NCBI RefSeq assembly: GCF_001194135.2
Contig: NC_068986.1
Span: 71,168,833 to 71,216,890, forward strand
DNA from: Octopus bimaculoides
Taxonomy: Eukaryota
DNA: 48,058 bases
Reading direction: 5' to 3'
Shown here: positions 47,790-48,058 of the stretch, one piece after another
How positions within the stretch are numbered: the stretch's first letter is position 1
Layout: each line of letters begins with the position of its first letter
Notes under the pieces: generated by a model
The model's input: the letters and a program-made list of their open reading frames with translations, nothing else
What the model was told of the DNA's origin: nothing
Databases searched by the model: none
Program-made: the position numbers and the translations under genes

Positions 47790-48058
47790 GTTCAGTAGTT
47801 TTATTTTTATAACGTGCTTTCACTTCACTACCGAGCGCAGCTCTGTGCGCCTTGGGTATGTGCTGTGGTGCTCTTATGTTTACTGTATTGAAAGTGTTTT
47901 GCGTAGAATGTGTGCAGTACCCAGTAGTACACTTTTCTGTATGTTATATATATTTGTAAGTCCTGGTGTTTTTGTTATGTATTTGTCTGAATATTTTTTT
48001 TATTATACCTAAGGCACCTACTATGATAGGAATTGTTTCTGTTTTTAGATTCCACATT
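47789..48058 (-). mobile_element. 3' end of an R4/Dong-like LINE, same family as 9782-10148, abutting (TAA)n
   Basis: gtgctttcacttcactaccgagcgcagctctgtgcgccttgggtatgtgctgtggt...ataggaattgtttctgtttttagattccacatt is nearly identical to 9783-10024; (ATT)n at 47728-47788. Confidence 0.88.

Overview
AT-rich, microsatellite-dense animal genomic DNA from a gapped draft assembly. The SINE and microsatellite make-up suggests a coleoid cephalopod, probably Octopus (inference). One real host gene runs on the + strand: nine phase-consistent GT-AG exons (14354-46971, about 430 aa) encode the amino-terminal domain and first ligand-binding segment (S1) of a divergent ionotropic glutamate receptor (iGluR/IR-like). 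Its first exon is uncertain and the rest lies beyond the window. The remainder is transposon debris: Penelope-like elements (PLEs), R4/Dong-like LINE pieces at (TAA)n, RTE and CR1/L2 LINEs, tRNA-derived SINEs, Helitron ends, a hAT MITE and mariner remnants. The most notable unannotated signal is seven hammerhead-ribozyme (HHR) motifs between 4.0 and 22.5 kb. Five of them sit in four unrelated 0.5-1 kb foldback (long inverted repeat) elements. These look like non-autonomous PLE-derived ribozyme cassettes and would form long dsRNA if transcribed. All alignments and folds were done by eye, not computed.
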